Assembly: GCA_043827405.1 (NCBI GenBank)
Contig: JBDRPD010000081.1
Coordinates: 1-48,951 of the forward strand
Direction of reading: 5' to 3'
Source: Elusimicrobiota bacterium
GTDB lineage: Bacteria; Elusimicrobiota; Elusimicrobia; UBA1565
Length of the DNA stretch: 48,951 nucleotides
In this document: positions 40,564 through 48,951 of the stretch, piece after piece
How the letters are laid out: each line of letters starts with the position of its first letter
Position numbering within the stretch: the first letter of the stretch is position 1
Notes under the pieces: generated by a model
The model's input: the letters and a program-made list of their open reading frames with translations, nothing else
Told to the model about the DNA's origin: nothing
The model's database searches: none
Made by a program: the position numbers and the translations under genes

Positions 40564-41948
40564 GCGACGACGACAGCTATAAGGGATACCGCGAACCCGC
40601 CTTGGCGACGCTCAAGTCGTTCGGAGCGCGGGTGTGGAGCGATGTCGAGGTCCGGTCGACGCGCGGTAAATTCGCCGGCATCATTCTGCCGCGTTCCGAG
40701 ACCGCCGACACCCAGCACATCGTGCTCAAGCTCAGCAACGGCTACAACGTCGGCCTGCGCCACGACACCATCACCGCCATGAAGGAGGTGGGGCGCAAGG
40801 AAGCCAACTACCATATTCCGGAGAAGGAGTTCCCCGTCGATCCGGGCAAGCCCCGGGTCAAGCTTTTCGGCACCGGCGGCACCATCGCCTCGCGTCTCGA
40901 CTACCGCACCGGCGCGGCCATCCCGGCCTTCTCGCCGGGCGAGCTCTACGGCTCGGTGCCGGAGCTGGCCGATATCTGCAACCTTGAGACCGAGAAGCTC
41001 TACAGCGTCTTCAGCGAGAACCTCGGCCCGGAGCAGTGGATCGGCACGGCCAAGGCCGTGGGCGAGGAGATCGCGAAGGGCGTCGACGGTGTGGTCATCG
41101 GCCACGGCACCGACATCATGCACCATACGGCGGCGGCGCTGTCGTTTATGATCCAGGACTCCCCGGTGCCGATCGTCATGGTCGGCTCCCAGCGCTCCTC
41201 CGACCGCCCCTCGTCGGACGCCGCGCTCAATCTGATCCACGCCGTCTACACCGCCGGGCATTCCGATATCGCCGAGGTCATGGTCTGCATGTTCGGCCCG
41301 ACCTCGGACCAGTACGGGCTGCTGCACCGGGGCACCCGCGTGCGCAAGATGCACTCCTCCTACCGTTCGACTTTCCGCACGCTCAGCGACGTGCCGCTGG
41401 CGATGGTCGACCGTGAAAAGGTCACGCCGATCAAGAAGGACTACAAGAAGCGCCGCCGGGACCGAAATGTCAGGATCGATCCGGTCTTTGAGGAGAAGGT
41501 CAGCATCGTCTACTTTTATCCCAATATGCAGCCCGACATTATCGATTCCCTGGTCGACAACGGCTACAAGGGGATCGTCATCGCCGGCACCGGCCTCGGG
41601 CACGTCAATAAGCCGCTCTACCCCGCCCTCAAGCGCGCCAACGACAAGGGCGTGGCGGTCTGCATGACGGTGCAGACCATGTGGGGCTTCGCCCAGATGT
41701 ACGTCTACGAGACCGGCCGCATGATCATGGGCCTGGGCGTCATCCCGCTGGCCAATATGCTCCCCGAAGTGGCCTATGCCAAGCTCGGCTGGACCTTGGC
41801 GCATACCACCGACCTGGAAGAGGTCAAGCGCATCATGACCACGCCGATCGCCGGCGAGATCACCGAGCGCGAGCCGCATAACGGCTACCTGGTCCTCCAG
41901 GGCGGCATCCCCGAAGTAGAAGACTTCATCCGCAGCTACAAAAAATGA
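40560..41948 (+). CDS. gatD: Glu-tRNA(Gln) amidotransferase subunit D
   Basis: N-terminal domain VLKLSNGYNVG; GTGGTIASRLDYRTG, HGTD, GSQRSSDRPSSDA, RKMHSS.R, GTGLGHV, MLPEVAYAKL.W. Confidence 0.95.
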   Translation: MSDDDSYKGYREPALATLKSFGARVWSDVEVRSTRGKFAGIILPRSETADTQHIVLKLSNGYNVGLRHDTITAMKEVGRKEANYHIPEKEFPVDPGKPRVKLFGTGGTIASRLDYRTGAAIPAFSPGELYGSVPELADICNLETEKLYSVFSENLGPEQWIGTAKAVGEEIAKGVDGVVIGHGTDIMHHTAAALSFMIQDSPVPIVMVGSQRSSDRPSSDAALNLIHAVYTAGHSDIAEVMVCMFGPTSDQYGLLHRGTRVRKMHSSYRSTFRTLSDVPLAMVDREKVTPIKKDYKKRRRDRNVRIDPVFEEKVSIVYFYPNMQPDIIDSLVDNGYKGIVIAGTGLGHVNKPLYPALKRANDKGVAVCMTVQTMWGFAQMYVYETGRMIMGLGVIPLANMLPEVAYAKLGWTLAHTTDLEEVKRIMTTPIAGEITEREPHNGYLVLQGGIPEVEDFIRSYKK

Positions 41949-42973
41949 AGCTCCTGAAGATTGCCGGCGCGCTGGCCGGCGTACTCGTCCTGCTCGCCGC
42001 AGCGCTCCACTTCGCGGGCTTCCGGCTCTTTCGCGATCCGGCGGGCGGTCTCCCTTTACTGGTGCGCAAGGTGAGCTACCGCAACGGCCGACCGGCCGGC
42101 GGGCCCGATGCCGCCGCGAAAGGACCGCTGCAGAAGATCGAAATTCTAACTCCGGATCCGATTATCCTGCGCAACATGGACAAGGATATCCTGCTGGAAA
42201 ACGTCAAGAAGCTCGTCGACACGGCCAACGAGATCCTGGAGACCAGCGGCAAGGACTTCAAGCTGATGCTGACCGTCACCTACCATGCGGACAAGGAGAC
42301 GGACAATATGCTCCAGGTGCAGGAGGATGCCGACATGCCGGTGATTCAGCGGCTCGGCGACGAGATCGACGCGCTCAATAAAGACCTGCGCACCAAGAAG
42401 GAAGATGTCTCCGTGCGCTTTTACTTCGACACCGCATATCGAAAGGGCGCCGCCAAGCCGGCGGGAAAGACGGTGGTCATCGCGCCGCAAGAGGCGCAAG
42501 GTCCCGGCGCGCCGGTGGCCGGTTCGCAAGAGGAAAGGCAGGCCCTGGCTGTCGTCGCCGAACTGGCGCGGCCGCCGGGCAAAGAGCCGCGCCGGTGGAG
42601 CTCCATTGTCTGCAACCCCAGCGTTTGGAAGCGGCTCAAGGCGCTTGACGCCGCGGTCGCGGAGCTGGGAACGCCCAGCACCGCGATGACGGCCTTCGGC
42701 AAGCTGGAGGCCCGGGCTTTCCTAAAGCAGAAAAATGAGCTGGCGCCGCTCTATGCGAGTCCGGGGTTTCAGCGGTTCATGGCTTCCTTCGCCGAGGGTG
42801 CGGCCCGCGCCGCCACGCAGGAAGAGCGCAAAGAGATCTATGCCATGATCCCCTTCGAGATCAAGGGCAAGCCGGTCACGGTGATCGATAAGGACGGCGC
42901 TCTCCTGTTTATCAGCTTCGCACAGGAGCTGCTGTGGCTCGACGTGATCAGCGACTATCGGCAGCCTGCTTAA
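41945..42973 (+). CDS. Membrane-anchored hypothetical protein
   Basis: N-terminal hydrophobic helix; start overlaps the gatD stop. Confidence 0.6.
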   Translation: MKLLKIAGALAGVLVLLAAALHFAGFRLFRDPAGGLPLLVRKVSYRNGRPAGGPDAAAKGPLQKIEILTPDPIILRNMDKDILLENVKKLVDTANEILETSGKDFKLMLTVTYHADKETDNMLQVQEDADMPVIQRLGDEIDALNKDLRTKKEDVSVRFYFDTAYRKGAAKPAGKTVVIAPQEAQGPGAPVAGSQEERQALAVVAELARPPGKEPRRWSSIVCNPSVWKRLKALDAAVAELGTPSTAMTAFGKLEARAFLKQKNELAPLYASPGFQRFMASFAEGAARAATQEERKEIYAMIPFEIKGKPVTVIDKDGALLFISFAQELLWLDVISDYRQPA

Positions 42974-42999
42974 GCGCTGCGCCAAGTTCTTCTAGTACA

Positions 43000-43428
43000 T
43001 CAATACCAGAGCCATTGCGAGCCCTTGGTGTCGGTATGGGTGCAGTTGACGAAAATCCGGCCCCAGAGGTCCGTGCTCGGTTGGTTGTCGTATATCCACT
43101 CGCCGCCGTCGTTCACGTCGGCGCCAGTCGCCCCGTAAGCGACGGCGTTCGTATTGGGATGGTAGTTCGGCGTCTTAACCGTCGGAAACTGGTCCAGGTA
43201 GTCCCCGTTGGTTGTGAGGGCGGACGGATCGTTCGGGTACAGCCCCTCCTGGTCGCCGTAGTAGATGCTGAGGGCGCTGCGTAAAGTGCCGAGGTTCCCC
43301 TTGGTATTGCCTTCATTCGATTTGCGGATCAGGTCCGCAAACTTCGGGATGGCGATCGCCGCTAGAATTCCGATGATCGCCACCACGATCATGAGTTCGA
43401 TGAGAGTGAAGCCCTTGTTTTTAAGCAT
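43000..43428 (-). CDS. Type IV pilin / pseudopilin
   Basis: Class III signal KG|FTLIELMIVVAIIGILAAIAIPKF. Confidence 0.9.
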   Translation of the reverse strand: MLKNKGFTLIELMIVVAIIGILAAIAIPKFADLIRKSNEGNTKGNLGTLRSALSIYYGDQEGLYPNDPSALTTNGDYLDQFPTVKTPNYHPNTNAVAYGATGADVNDGGEWIYDNQPSTDLWGRIFVNCTHTDTKGSQWLWY

Positions 43429-43451
43429 ATATTTGTTTAACCCCCGCCCGA

Positions 43452-44279
43452 CTACTTCTTCGGCGGCGCCTCAGCCAGCCGGCGCTTGGCGAGAATCGAC
43501 CAGGGAGAGGAAGACAGGATGCCGGCCGCTTTTTTTAAGTAGCTCGCCGCCTGCAGCGCGTTGTTCTCTTTCTGGAATATCCCCGCGAGCTTGAAGAAGG
43601 CTTCGGCCATGACGTTCTTCTTGTCGTTCTCGTCGTGCTTTTCGCTGCTCCACCATTTCGCGTCCGACCGGCCGAAGAGGGTTTCCATATGCAGCAAATC
43701 CCCTTTGGCCAGCGATTCCCGCTTCAGGAACCTGGGCACGTGCAGGCTGTTGTTGGCCCGGATATTTCTTATCACCACGCTGTTGGAGGAGCGCTTGACC
43801 GCGGCGTCGATGAGCCTAAACCCCTTCTTCGCCCAGCGCAGCTTCTTGATGGGATTGATCGAGTCGCGTGCGACCAAAGTGCGGGCGCTGCCTGTCCAGG
43901 CGTCAAGCTCGGCGTCAGCGGGCGATTGCTCGCGCAGCTTGGAAAGCTGCTTGAAGGCCTTGTGCGCGGCGCCTTTGACGCGGTGCTTGTAGGCCAGATG
44001 ATGATAATGGATGCCGAGCTCTTTTTGCGCCGCCAGGTCGTCGGGGCGGCGCTTCACCCAATCTTCCTTGCGGCGGATTTGCTCTTGGCGCTGCTCGACG
44101 GTCTCGTAGGGTTCCTCTTCCGGCAGCGGCTGCGTATCTCCGGGAGTGACGGCTTTGCGCGGCCCCGTTCCGACGCCGGGCGGCGGGCCGCCGCCGCAGG
44201 CGACCGCTCCGGCGGTCCCGGCGTACAGCAATGCCAAGCTCAGCGCAAAGAGGCCGCTGCAAAGCGTTTTATCTTTCAT
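43452..44279 (-). CDS. Secreted TPR-like helical protein
   Basis: Signal peptide and helical repeats (GF.LID.AV, R.N.S..VP.FL.R). Confidence 0.6.
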   Translation of the reverse strand: MKDKTLCSGLFALSLALLYAGTAGAVACGGGPPPGVGTGPRKAVTPGDTQPLPEEEPYETVEQRQEQIRRKEDWVKRRPDDLAAQKELGIHYHHLAYKHRVKGAAHKAFKQLSKLREQSPADAELDAWTGSARTLVARDSINPIKKLRWAKKGFRLIDAAVKRSSNSVVIRNIRANNSLHVPRFLKRESLAKGDLLHMETLFGRSDAKWWSSEKHDENDKKNVMAEAFFKLAGIFQKENNALQAASYLKKAAGILSSSPWSILAKRRLAEAPPKK

Positions 44280-44330
44280 GGAAAGATATTAGCGCAGCGT
44301 ACGGGGAAATGCAAATTTTCGCATGAGCTG

Positions 44331-46541
44331 CTAGCGGATCGACGCGAAGATATCGGCCGACTTATGCGGCCGCGCCGCTTCCTCGTCGTCCAGGATTTTG
44401 AAGACGACCACCCAGTGGTCGTTGGGCGGGGCGAAAGCCTCGAAGACTTTCTCCGTGTACTGCATCCAGAACGCCGCGTAGTTCTCGCGCCCCCGGGGCG
44501 TGAAGTGAAACTCCGTCTTGAGCCGCGTCATCTCGGCGGCGTTGAGCATAAAGTGCGTGATTCCTTCAGCCCGCAGCTTTTGCCGCAGGTCCGCCGGGTC
44601 CGTGCTCGAGTTGAACAGGTATTCGAGGACCGGGGTGTCAAAGACCGTGCTGCTGATATAGTCCCGCTCGAGGTAGAGCCCGCGCGAATCGCCGATCAGC
44701 ACCACCCTGGAGCCCGGCGGCGTTTTTTCATTGAGGTATTTGATGCCGGCATAGGGAGGATTGGGGTAGCCTCCCCAGTAGCTGTGGTGCAGGTAGTCGT
44801 CTTCGTCCTGCCGCCCGGAGACGGCCTCCCAGAAATGGTCCGGCGGAGGCGCGGAGAAGGTCATCAGCACGTTGGCCGACAGGATGATGCCGCATAGCAG
44901 CAGAACGCCCTTGCGCTGGGCCGCCGACGGCAGCTCCATGACGGCGCAGGCCAGCAGGATGCACAGGGGCGCGAGGTGCGGCAGCATGAAGCGCGGCGTA
45001 TGCGTGGCCAGGCTCAGCGGTATCCAGAGCCCGGCAAACAGCACGGTCAAGAGCGCGGTCGATACGTGTTTTTTCCGGTATAAAAGCAGAAACAGGAGAG
45101 GCAGCAGGAGCAGAAAGATCGGGCCGATTTGGTCGGCCTGGCGGTTGATCACGCGGACGGTAAATATCCAGGGGTGAAGCAGGTAATCCTTGAGCCCTCT
45201 CCAGGTGGTGAAGACGTCCAGCGTGTTCCTGCCGGCATCCTGGTTGAGCGCCCGCCAGGCGACGGCTCTCGCGGCATGCTGGGCTTCTCCCCCCGCCGCC
45301 GTGAAATGTTCCTGCAGGTAGGGGAATACGGGATTGCCGTAGAAGACGGCATTCTTGACGATCCAGGGCGAGAGCACGAGCAGGGCGGCACCGCAGACCA
45401 GCGCCAGCTCGCGCGCGCGTATCCGGGCATGCTCCAGGCGTGAGAACCTGGAGTAGAGATATGCGGGGAGCATGGCGAACGGCAGTCCCCATGCGGGGTA
45501 TTTTGTCCCCATGGTCAGTCCCGTGAAGACGCCGCACAGCAGCCACCAGCGCCGGCGCCGGGGCTCGTCCGCGGGTTCCTCGACGGCGGCGATGAAGGAA
45601 TAAAGCGCGAGCAGCTGAAACAGCGCCCAGGCCAGACCGACCGAGGTGCGATAGCTTTCATAGAGGGCGACCGGCGCCAGCAGGAAGAACGCCGCCGCCG
45701 GGAGGCCCGCTCCCTCCCGCCGCCAGCGGCGGGCGAGGCTGAAGAATACCGGCAGTACCGCGATGCCCAGGGCGCAGTTGAGAAGGCGCGCGACGATGGG
45801 GTCCTTAATTCCCATCGCCAGGACGTAGAGCATCTGCGGTACGGAAGGGATGCCCGCGAAGACGTTGGTCGGCGTGGGGATGATGCCGTGGTTGAGCAGG
45901 TACAGGTTGGGGAGGTTGAGGTGATAGACCAAGGCGTCCCAGTGCGTTTCCGGCGCCAGCATATAGGGCGCCGAGAGCAGAACCGCGGCGCCGAGCACGG
46001 CCCAGTAAGTGCGCCGGACGGGAGCGGGGAGTTCGTCCGCGACGGCCGTCCGCGGCGCGGCGGCCAGACGGCCGCGGATGTCCCACAGCCCGGCGGCGGC
46101 GGGGAGCAGCACCAAGACGAAAATCACCGGTCGGTAGAGCAGTCCCAGGATGCCGGCGAAAAAAGTCAGGTAGGCCAGAACGCCCAGCCCGATACCTAAG
46201 GTGACGGCGGCCTCTTCATGCGGGTTATGCCATGCGGGCATGAAGCGGCGCAGCACCGCGCGGCCGGCGCCCCAGGCGGCGAGCCCCAGCAGCGCCAGAC
46301 AGGCCAGGCGGAGCAGATGCCGCAGCAGCGCGCCGGGCGCGGGGATGCAGTAGGAGGTGAGCATCAGCGACACGGCCTTGAGCTGCGTCGCGGTGAAGAA
46401 GTTCATGGACTTGAAGTGGGCCCACAGCACGATGAGCGCCCAGACACCGAGAATGCCGGCGGCTAGGCGGGTGAAAAAAACGGAGCTGCCTGGGACCGAT
46501 GCGGCAGCATTTGCGGAACGCTTTTTCTTCTTCTTTCCCAC
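44331..46541 (-). CDS. Multi-pass GT-C fold glycosyltransferase-like protein
   Basis: WDALVYHL, GTKY, PWIVKN..FYGNPVFPY, PRFMLP; many TM helices. Confidence 0.75.
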   Translation of the reverse strand: MGKKKKKRSANAAASVPGSSVFFTRLAAGILGVWALIVLWAHFKSMNFFTATQLKAVSLMLTSYCIPAPGALLRHLLRLACLALLGLAAWGAGRAVLRRFMPAWHNPHEEAAVTLGIGLGVLAYLTFFAGILGLLYRPVIFVLVLLPAAAGLWDIRGRLAAAPRTAVADELPAPVRRTYWAVLGAAVLLSAPYMLAPETHWDALVYHLNLPNLYLLNHGIIPTPTNVFAGIPSVPQMLYVLAMGIKDPIVARLLNCALGIAVLPVFFSLARRWRREGAGLPAAAFFLLAPVALYESYRTSVGLAWALFQLLALYSFIAAVEEPADEPRRRRWWLLCGVFTGLTMGTKYPAWGLPFAMLPAYLYSRFSRLEHARIRARELALVCGAALLVLSPWIVKNAVFYGNPVFPYLQEHFTAAGGEAQHAARAVAWRALNQDAGRNTLDVFTTWRGLKDYLLHPWIFTVRVINRQADQIGPIFLLLLPLLFLLLYRKKHVSTALLTVLFAGLWIPLSLATHTPRFMLPHLAPLCILLACAVMELPSAAQRKGVLLLCGIILSANVLMTFSAPPPDHFWEAVSGRQDEDDYLHHSYWGGYPNPPYAGIKYLNEKTPPGSRVVLIGDSRGLYLERDYISSTVFDTPVLEYLFNSSTDPADLRQKLRAEGITHFMLNAAEMTRLKTEFHFTPRGRENYAAFWMQYTEKVFEAFAPPNDHWVVVFKILDDEEAARPHKSADIFASIR

Positions 46542-46670
46542 TCAGCGATTATAGCTAGAGGGTCCGCCGCAAGTCGAACGCGCTATTGGACCATCCGGCT
46601 GGAGTTTACCAGGTCCCTATATTATGAAGGGACGGCCTAACATCCCGCGCCACGCGGGCATAAATCGGTC

Positions 46671-47369
46671 TTAACGCTTTCGCCGGTGTTCCCAGGCCGC
46701 GGCCGCGGCCCACAGGAAGGGAAAGGCCATCGCCAGACAGCCGAGAAAGAAGAATATCTGTCCGATCCCCACGCAGGAGTCCTTGAGCCCTAGTTCGCGC
46801 AGCATGAATACCCAGTCGTGGGCGCTCCCCTCTTGGCCGGACTTGCCCGTGATGAGAATAAGGGCCTGCAGCTTGGCGTCGGCGGCGTAGAAAGCGACGT
46901 CGACAAAAGCGGTGCCCAGCCAGAAGACGGCGAAGCCGACGCCGGCCATGCTTTTCTGGCGCATGAAGTGGAATAGGCAGGCGGCCGGCATCAGCAGTTC
47001 CATCAAGGTACCGCCCGCGATGGTCAAAAATTGGTTCCCCGGCAGCCCAAAGATTATGTGCCCGCCTTCATGCAGGGCGAGGTTTAGGAAGCTCAGCGGG
47101 AACCAGAGTTTCTGCAGCGAGGCCCAGCCTTGGGGCATCGGCAGGTAGTCGCGAAAGTTCCAGGTGAAGAAGAGGGCGACGGTGGCGGCCAGGTCCGCGG
47201 CGATCTTGAGGTGTTGTGGAAAGCGCTCGGTTTCGACGACGGGTGCGGGCGGAGGTTGTTCCGCGCGCGTTTTTAGCTTGGCGAAGATGAGTCCGCACTG
47301 CGGACACTCGGCCGCTCCGGCGGGCGTCGCGGATGCGCAGTGGGGACAGGGGGTCTCGGCTTCCGGCAT
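46671..47369 (-). CDS. Membrane HEXXH protein (M50-like) with N-terminal zinc ribbon
   Basis: CPHC..CPQC, LHEGGH, GGTL, HDW. Confidence 0.7.
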   Translation of the reverse strand: MPEAETPCPHCASATPAGAAECPQCGLIFAKLKTRAEQPPPAPVVETERFPQHLKIAADLAATVALFFTWNFRDYLPMPQGWASLQKLWFPLSFLNLALHEGGHIIFGLPGNQFLTIAGGTLMELLMPAACLFHFMRQKSMAGVGFAVFWLGTAFVDVAFYAADAKLQALILITGKSGQEGSAHDWVFMLRELGLKDSCVGIGQIFFFLGCLAMAFPFLWAAAAAWEHRRKR

Positions 47370-47399
47370 GCGTTCAATTGTAGATATTTCACCCGGCAT

Positions 47400-47432
47400 A
47401 AAAAACCGGGGCGCCCTGGCGGGCGCCCCGGT
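47400..47432 (-). terminator. Intrinsic terminator of sat
   Basis: ACCGGGGCGCCC-4-GGGCGCCCCGGT followed by a T-run on the minus strand. Confidence 0.9.
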
Positions 47433-47454
47433 AATTCTAATTAAGCCTTTCCGC

Positions 47455-48651
47455 TTACGCGGGGGTCTTCTCGGCCTGATAGTGCTTCATCAGGATCTTG
47501 GCGCACTCGGGCCGCGCGAACTCGACCGGCAGGTCCTCGCCGTTGGCGAGCATATCGCGGACCTTGGTCCCCGAGAGCATGACCCAGTCTTCCTTGGTGT
47601 GGTTCTTGCCGTCGCGCATCATGATGACCTTCTTCTCCTTCTTCGACCAGGCGGTGTGGTCGGCCTCGAAGATCTCGATCTCGAGCGCCCCTTTCGGCAC
47701 CTCGTCGTGAAAGATCGTCTGCGCGTCGAAGCCGCCGTAGTAGCTGCCCACTCCGGCATGGTCGCGGCCGACGATGAGATGGGTGCAGCCGGTGTTCTGA
47801 CGGAACACGGCGTGCAGCACCGCCTCGCGCGGTCCGGCATAGAGCATGTCGAAGCCGTAGCCCGTGATGAGCACGGTGTTCTTCGGGAAGTAGAGCTCCA
47901 CCATCTTGCGGATGCAGGCGTCGCGGACGTCCGCCGGGATGTCGCCCGCCTTGAGCTTGCCCAGCAGCATGTGGATGAGGATGCCGTCGGTGCCGAGGCG
48001 CTCGTGCGCCATCCGGCACAGCTCCTCGTGCGCCCGGTGCATCGGGTTGCGGGTCTGGAAGGCGACGACCTTGTTCCAGCCGAGCTTCTCCATTTCGGAG
48101 CGGATCTGGTAGGCCGTGCGGAAGGTCCCCGGGAACTCGGTCTCGAAGTAGGAGTAGTTCAGTACCTGGATCGGACCCGAGATCACGGTCTTGCCCACGG
48201 AGTTGAAGGCCGCCACGCCCGGATGCTTGTCGTCCAGGGTGCGGAAGACCTTCTCGGTCATGAGCTTCATCTCGTCGTCGGAGAACTCCTCGATGGCTTC
48301 CACATCCTGGATCGCCAGGATCGGGTTGCCGTCGACGTTCGGGTCGCGCAGGGCGATGCGCTTCTTGCCCTTGATCGAGGAAGCGTCCTTGACTACGTTA
48401 AGCACCGGGGTCGGCCAGAACAGGCCCTTGGAGGTCTTCATGTCCTTAGCGACGCTGAGGGCGTCGGCCTTGTTCATGAAGCCCTTGAGCGGGTTGAAGT
48501 AGCCGCTGCCCAGCATGACCGCGTTGCCCGCGGCGGCCGAGCTGATGGTGATCGAAGGCAGGCCCTCGGCCTCTTTGATCAGTTCTGCGCGCTTGGCGTC
48601 ATCCTGGACGAAAAGCGGGTTGAGCTTGTCGGAACCATGAGGCTTGATCAT
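47455..48651 (-). CDS. sat: Sulfate adenylyltransferase (ATP sulfurylase, Sat type)
   Basis: AFQTRNPMHRAHE, YAGPREA, VGRDHAGVG, LSGTKVR, RPE; AGGAG RBS. Confidence 0.97.
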   Translation of the reverse strand: MIKPHGSDKLNPLFVQDDAKRAELIKEAEGLPSITISSAAAGNAVMLGSGYFNPLKGFMNKADALSVAKDMKTSKGLFWPTPVLNVVKDASSIKGKKRIALRDPNVDGNPILAIQDVEAIEEFSDDEMKLMTEKVFRTLDDKHPGVAAFNSVGKTVISGPIQVLNYSYFETEFPGTFRTAYQIRSEMEKLGWNKVVAFQTRNPMHRAHEELCRMAHERLGTDGILIHMLLGKLKAGDIPADVRDACIRKMVELYFPKNTVLITGYGFDMLYAGPREAVLHAVFRQNTGCTHLIVGRDHAGVGSYYGGFDAQTIFHDEVPKGALEIEIFEADHTAWSKKEKKVIMMRDGKNHTKEDWVMLSGTKVRDMLANGEDLPVEFARPECAKILMKHYQAEKTPA

Positions 48652-48719
48652 AAAACGTCTCTCCTAGGTGTGAGTTTGCCCCTGGGGTCGTACCCATCTG
48701 GGACGCTAGATTCTCCTAA

Positions 48720-48926
48720 CTATTTGATCGCGGCGTCAATGAGGGCCGTCAATCCTTGATCCTCCAGTAAGCCCTGGACAAATAGACCCGAAAGCAATAA
48801 AAAGACCTCGCGTCCCGTGCTGACGAGATTTCGGTGAGAAGTCAGGAAACTTTTCACCCGCGAGGTGAGTCCATGAGAGCCCAGATCGGGTCCGGATTGA
48901 ACGTTGAAAAGTCGTCTCACCACCTG
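48720..48926 (-). CDS. Possible small hypothetical protein
   Basis: Strong AAAGGAGG before GTGGTG, but atypical codon use; may instead be sat regulatory DNA. Confidence 0.3.
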   Translation of the reverse strand, partial: QVVRRLFNVQSGPDLGSHGLTSRVKSFLTSHRNLVSTGREVFLLLSGLFVQGLLEDQGLTALIDAAIK

Positions 48927-48951
48927 ACCTCCTTTGCCGGTCTGCCTCGGC

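Noticed and set aside
39573..41879. 768-aa minus-strand ORF and other long shadow ORFs (25464, 31313, 47164)
   Set aside because: These are antisense shadows of clear genes in high-GC DNA and carry no motifs.
40560..41948. Ordinary L-asparaginase I
   Set aside because: It has the GatD-specific N-terminal domain and SQRSSDRPSSD, and is coupled to gatE.

Overview
GC-rich bacterial chromosomal window with about 50 CDS, one tRNA-His, and no integrase, transposase or CRISPR array. The host is probably a diderm. The pilin style and the many secreted TPR and lipoprotein genes suggest Elusimicrobiota, which is an inference only. Housekeeping genes include punA-pdp-upp-asnS, ahcY, sixA, rsmD, nfo, an aldehyde dehydrogenase, an M20 peptidase and sat. 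Most notable: (1) an intact archaeal-type Glu-tRNA(Gln) amidotransferase pair gatE-gatD in a bacterium that also has AsnRS; (2) a 53-aa CxWPxxC peptide gene missing from the ORF track, with an FNR-type box at about -41.5, an RBS and a terminator, next to an FNR-like regulator; (3) a recurring intergenic 16-bp palindrome TAGGAC-N4-GTCCTA; (4) an AT-rich 105-bp element with perfect 25-bp inverted repeats between punA and pdp; (5) a REC-MBL / adenylate cyclase-TPR-degenerate HD-GYP / REC signalling module; (6) a sulfur-oxidiser-like ATP sulfurylase; (7) many apparently leaderless genes. All calls come from reading motifs by eye; no database searches were run.
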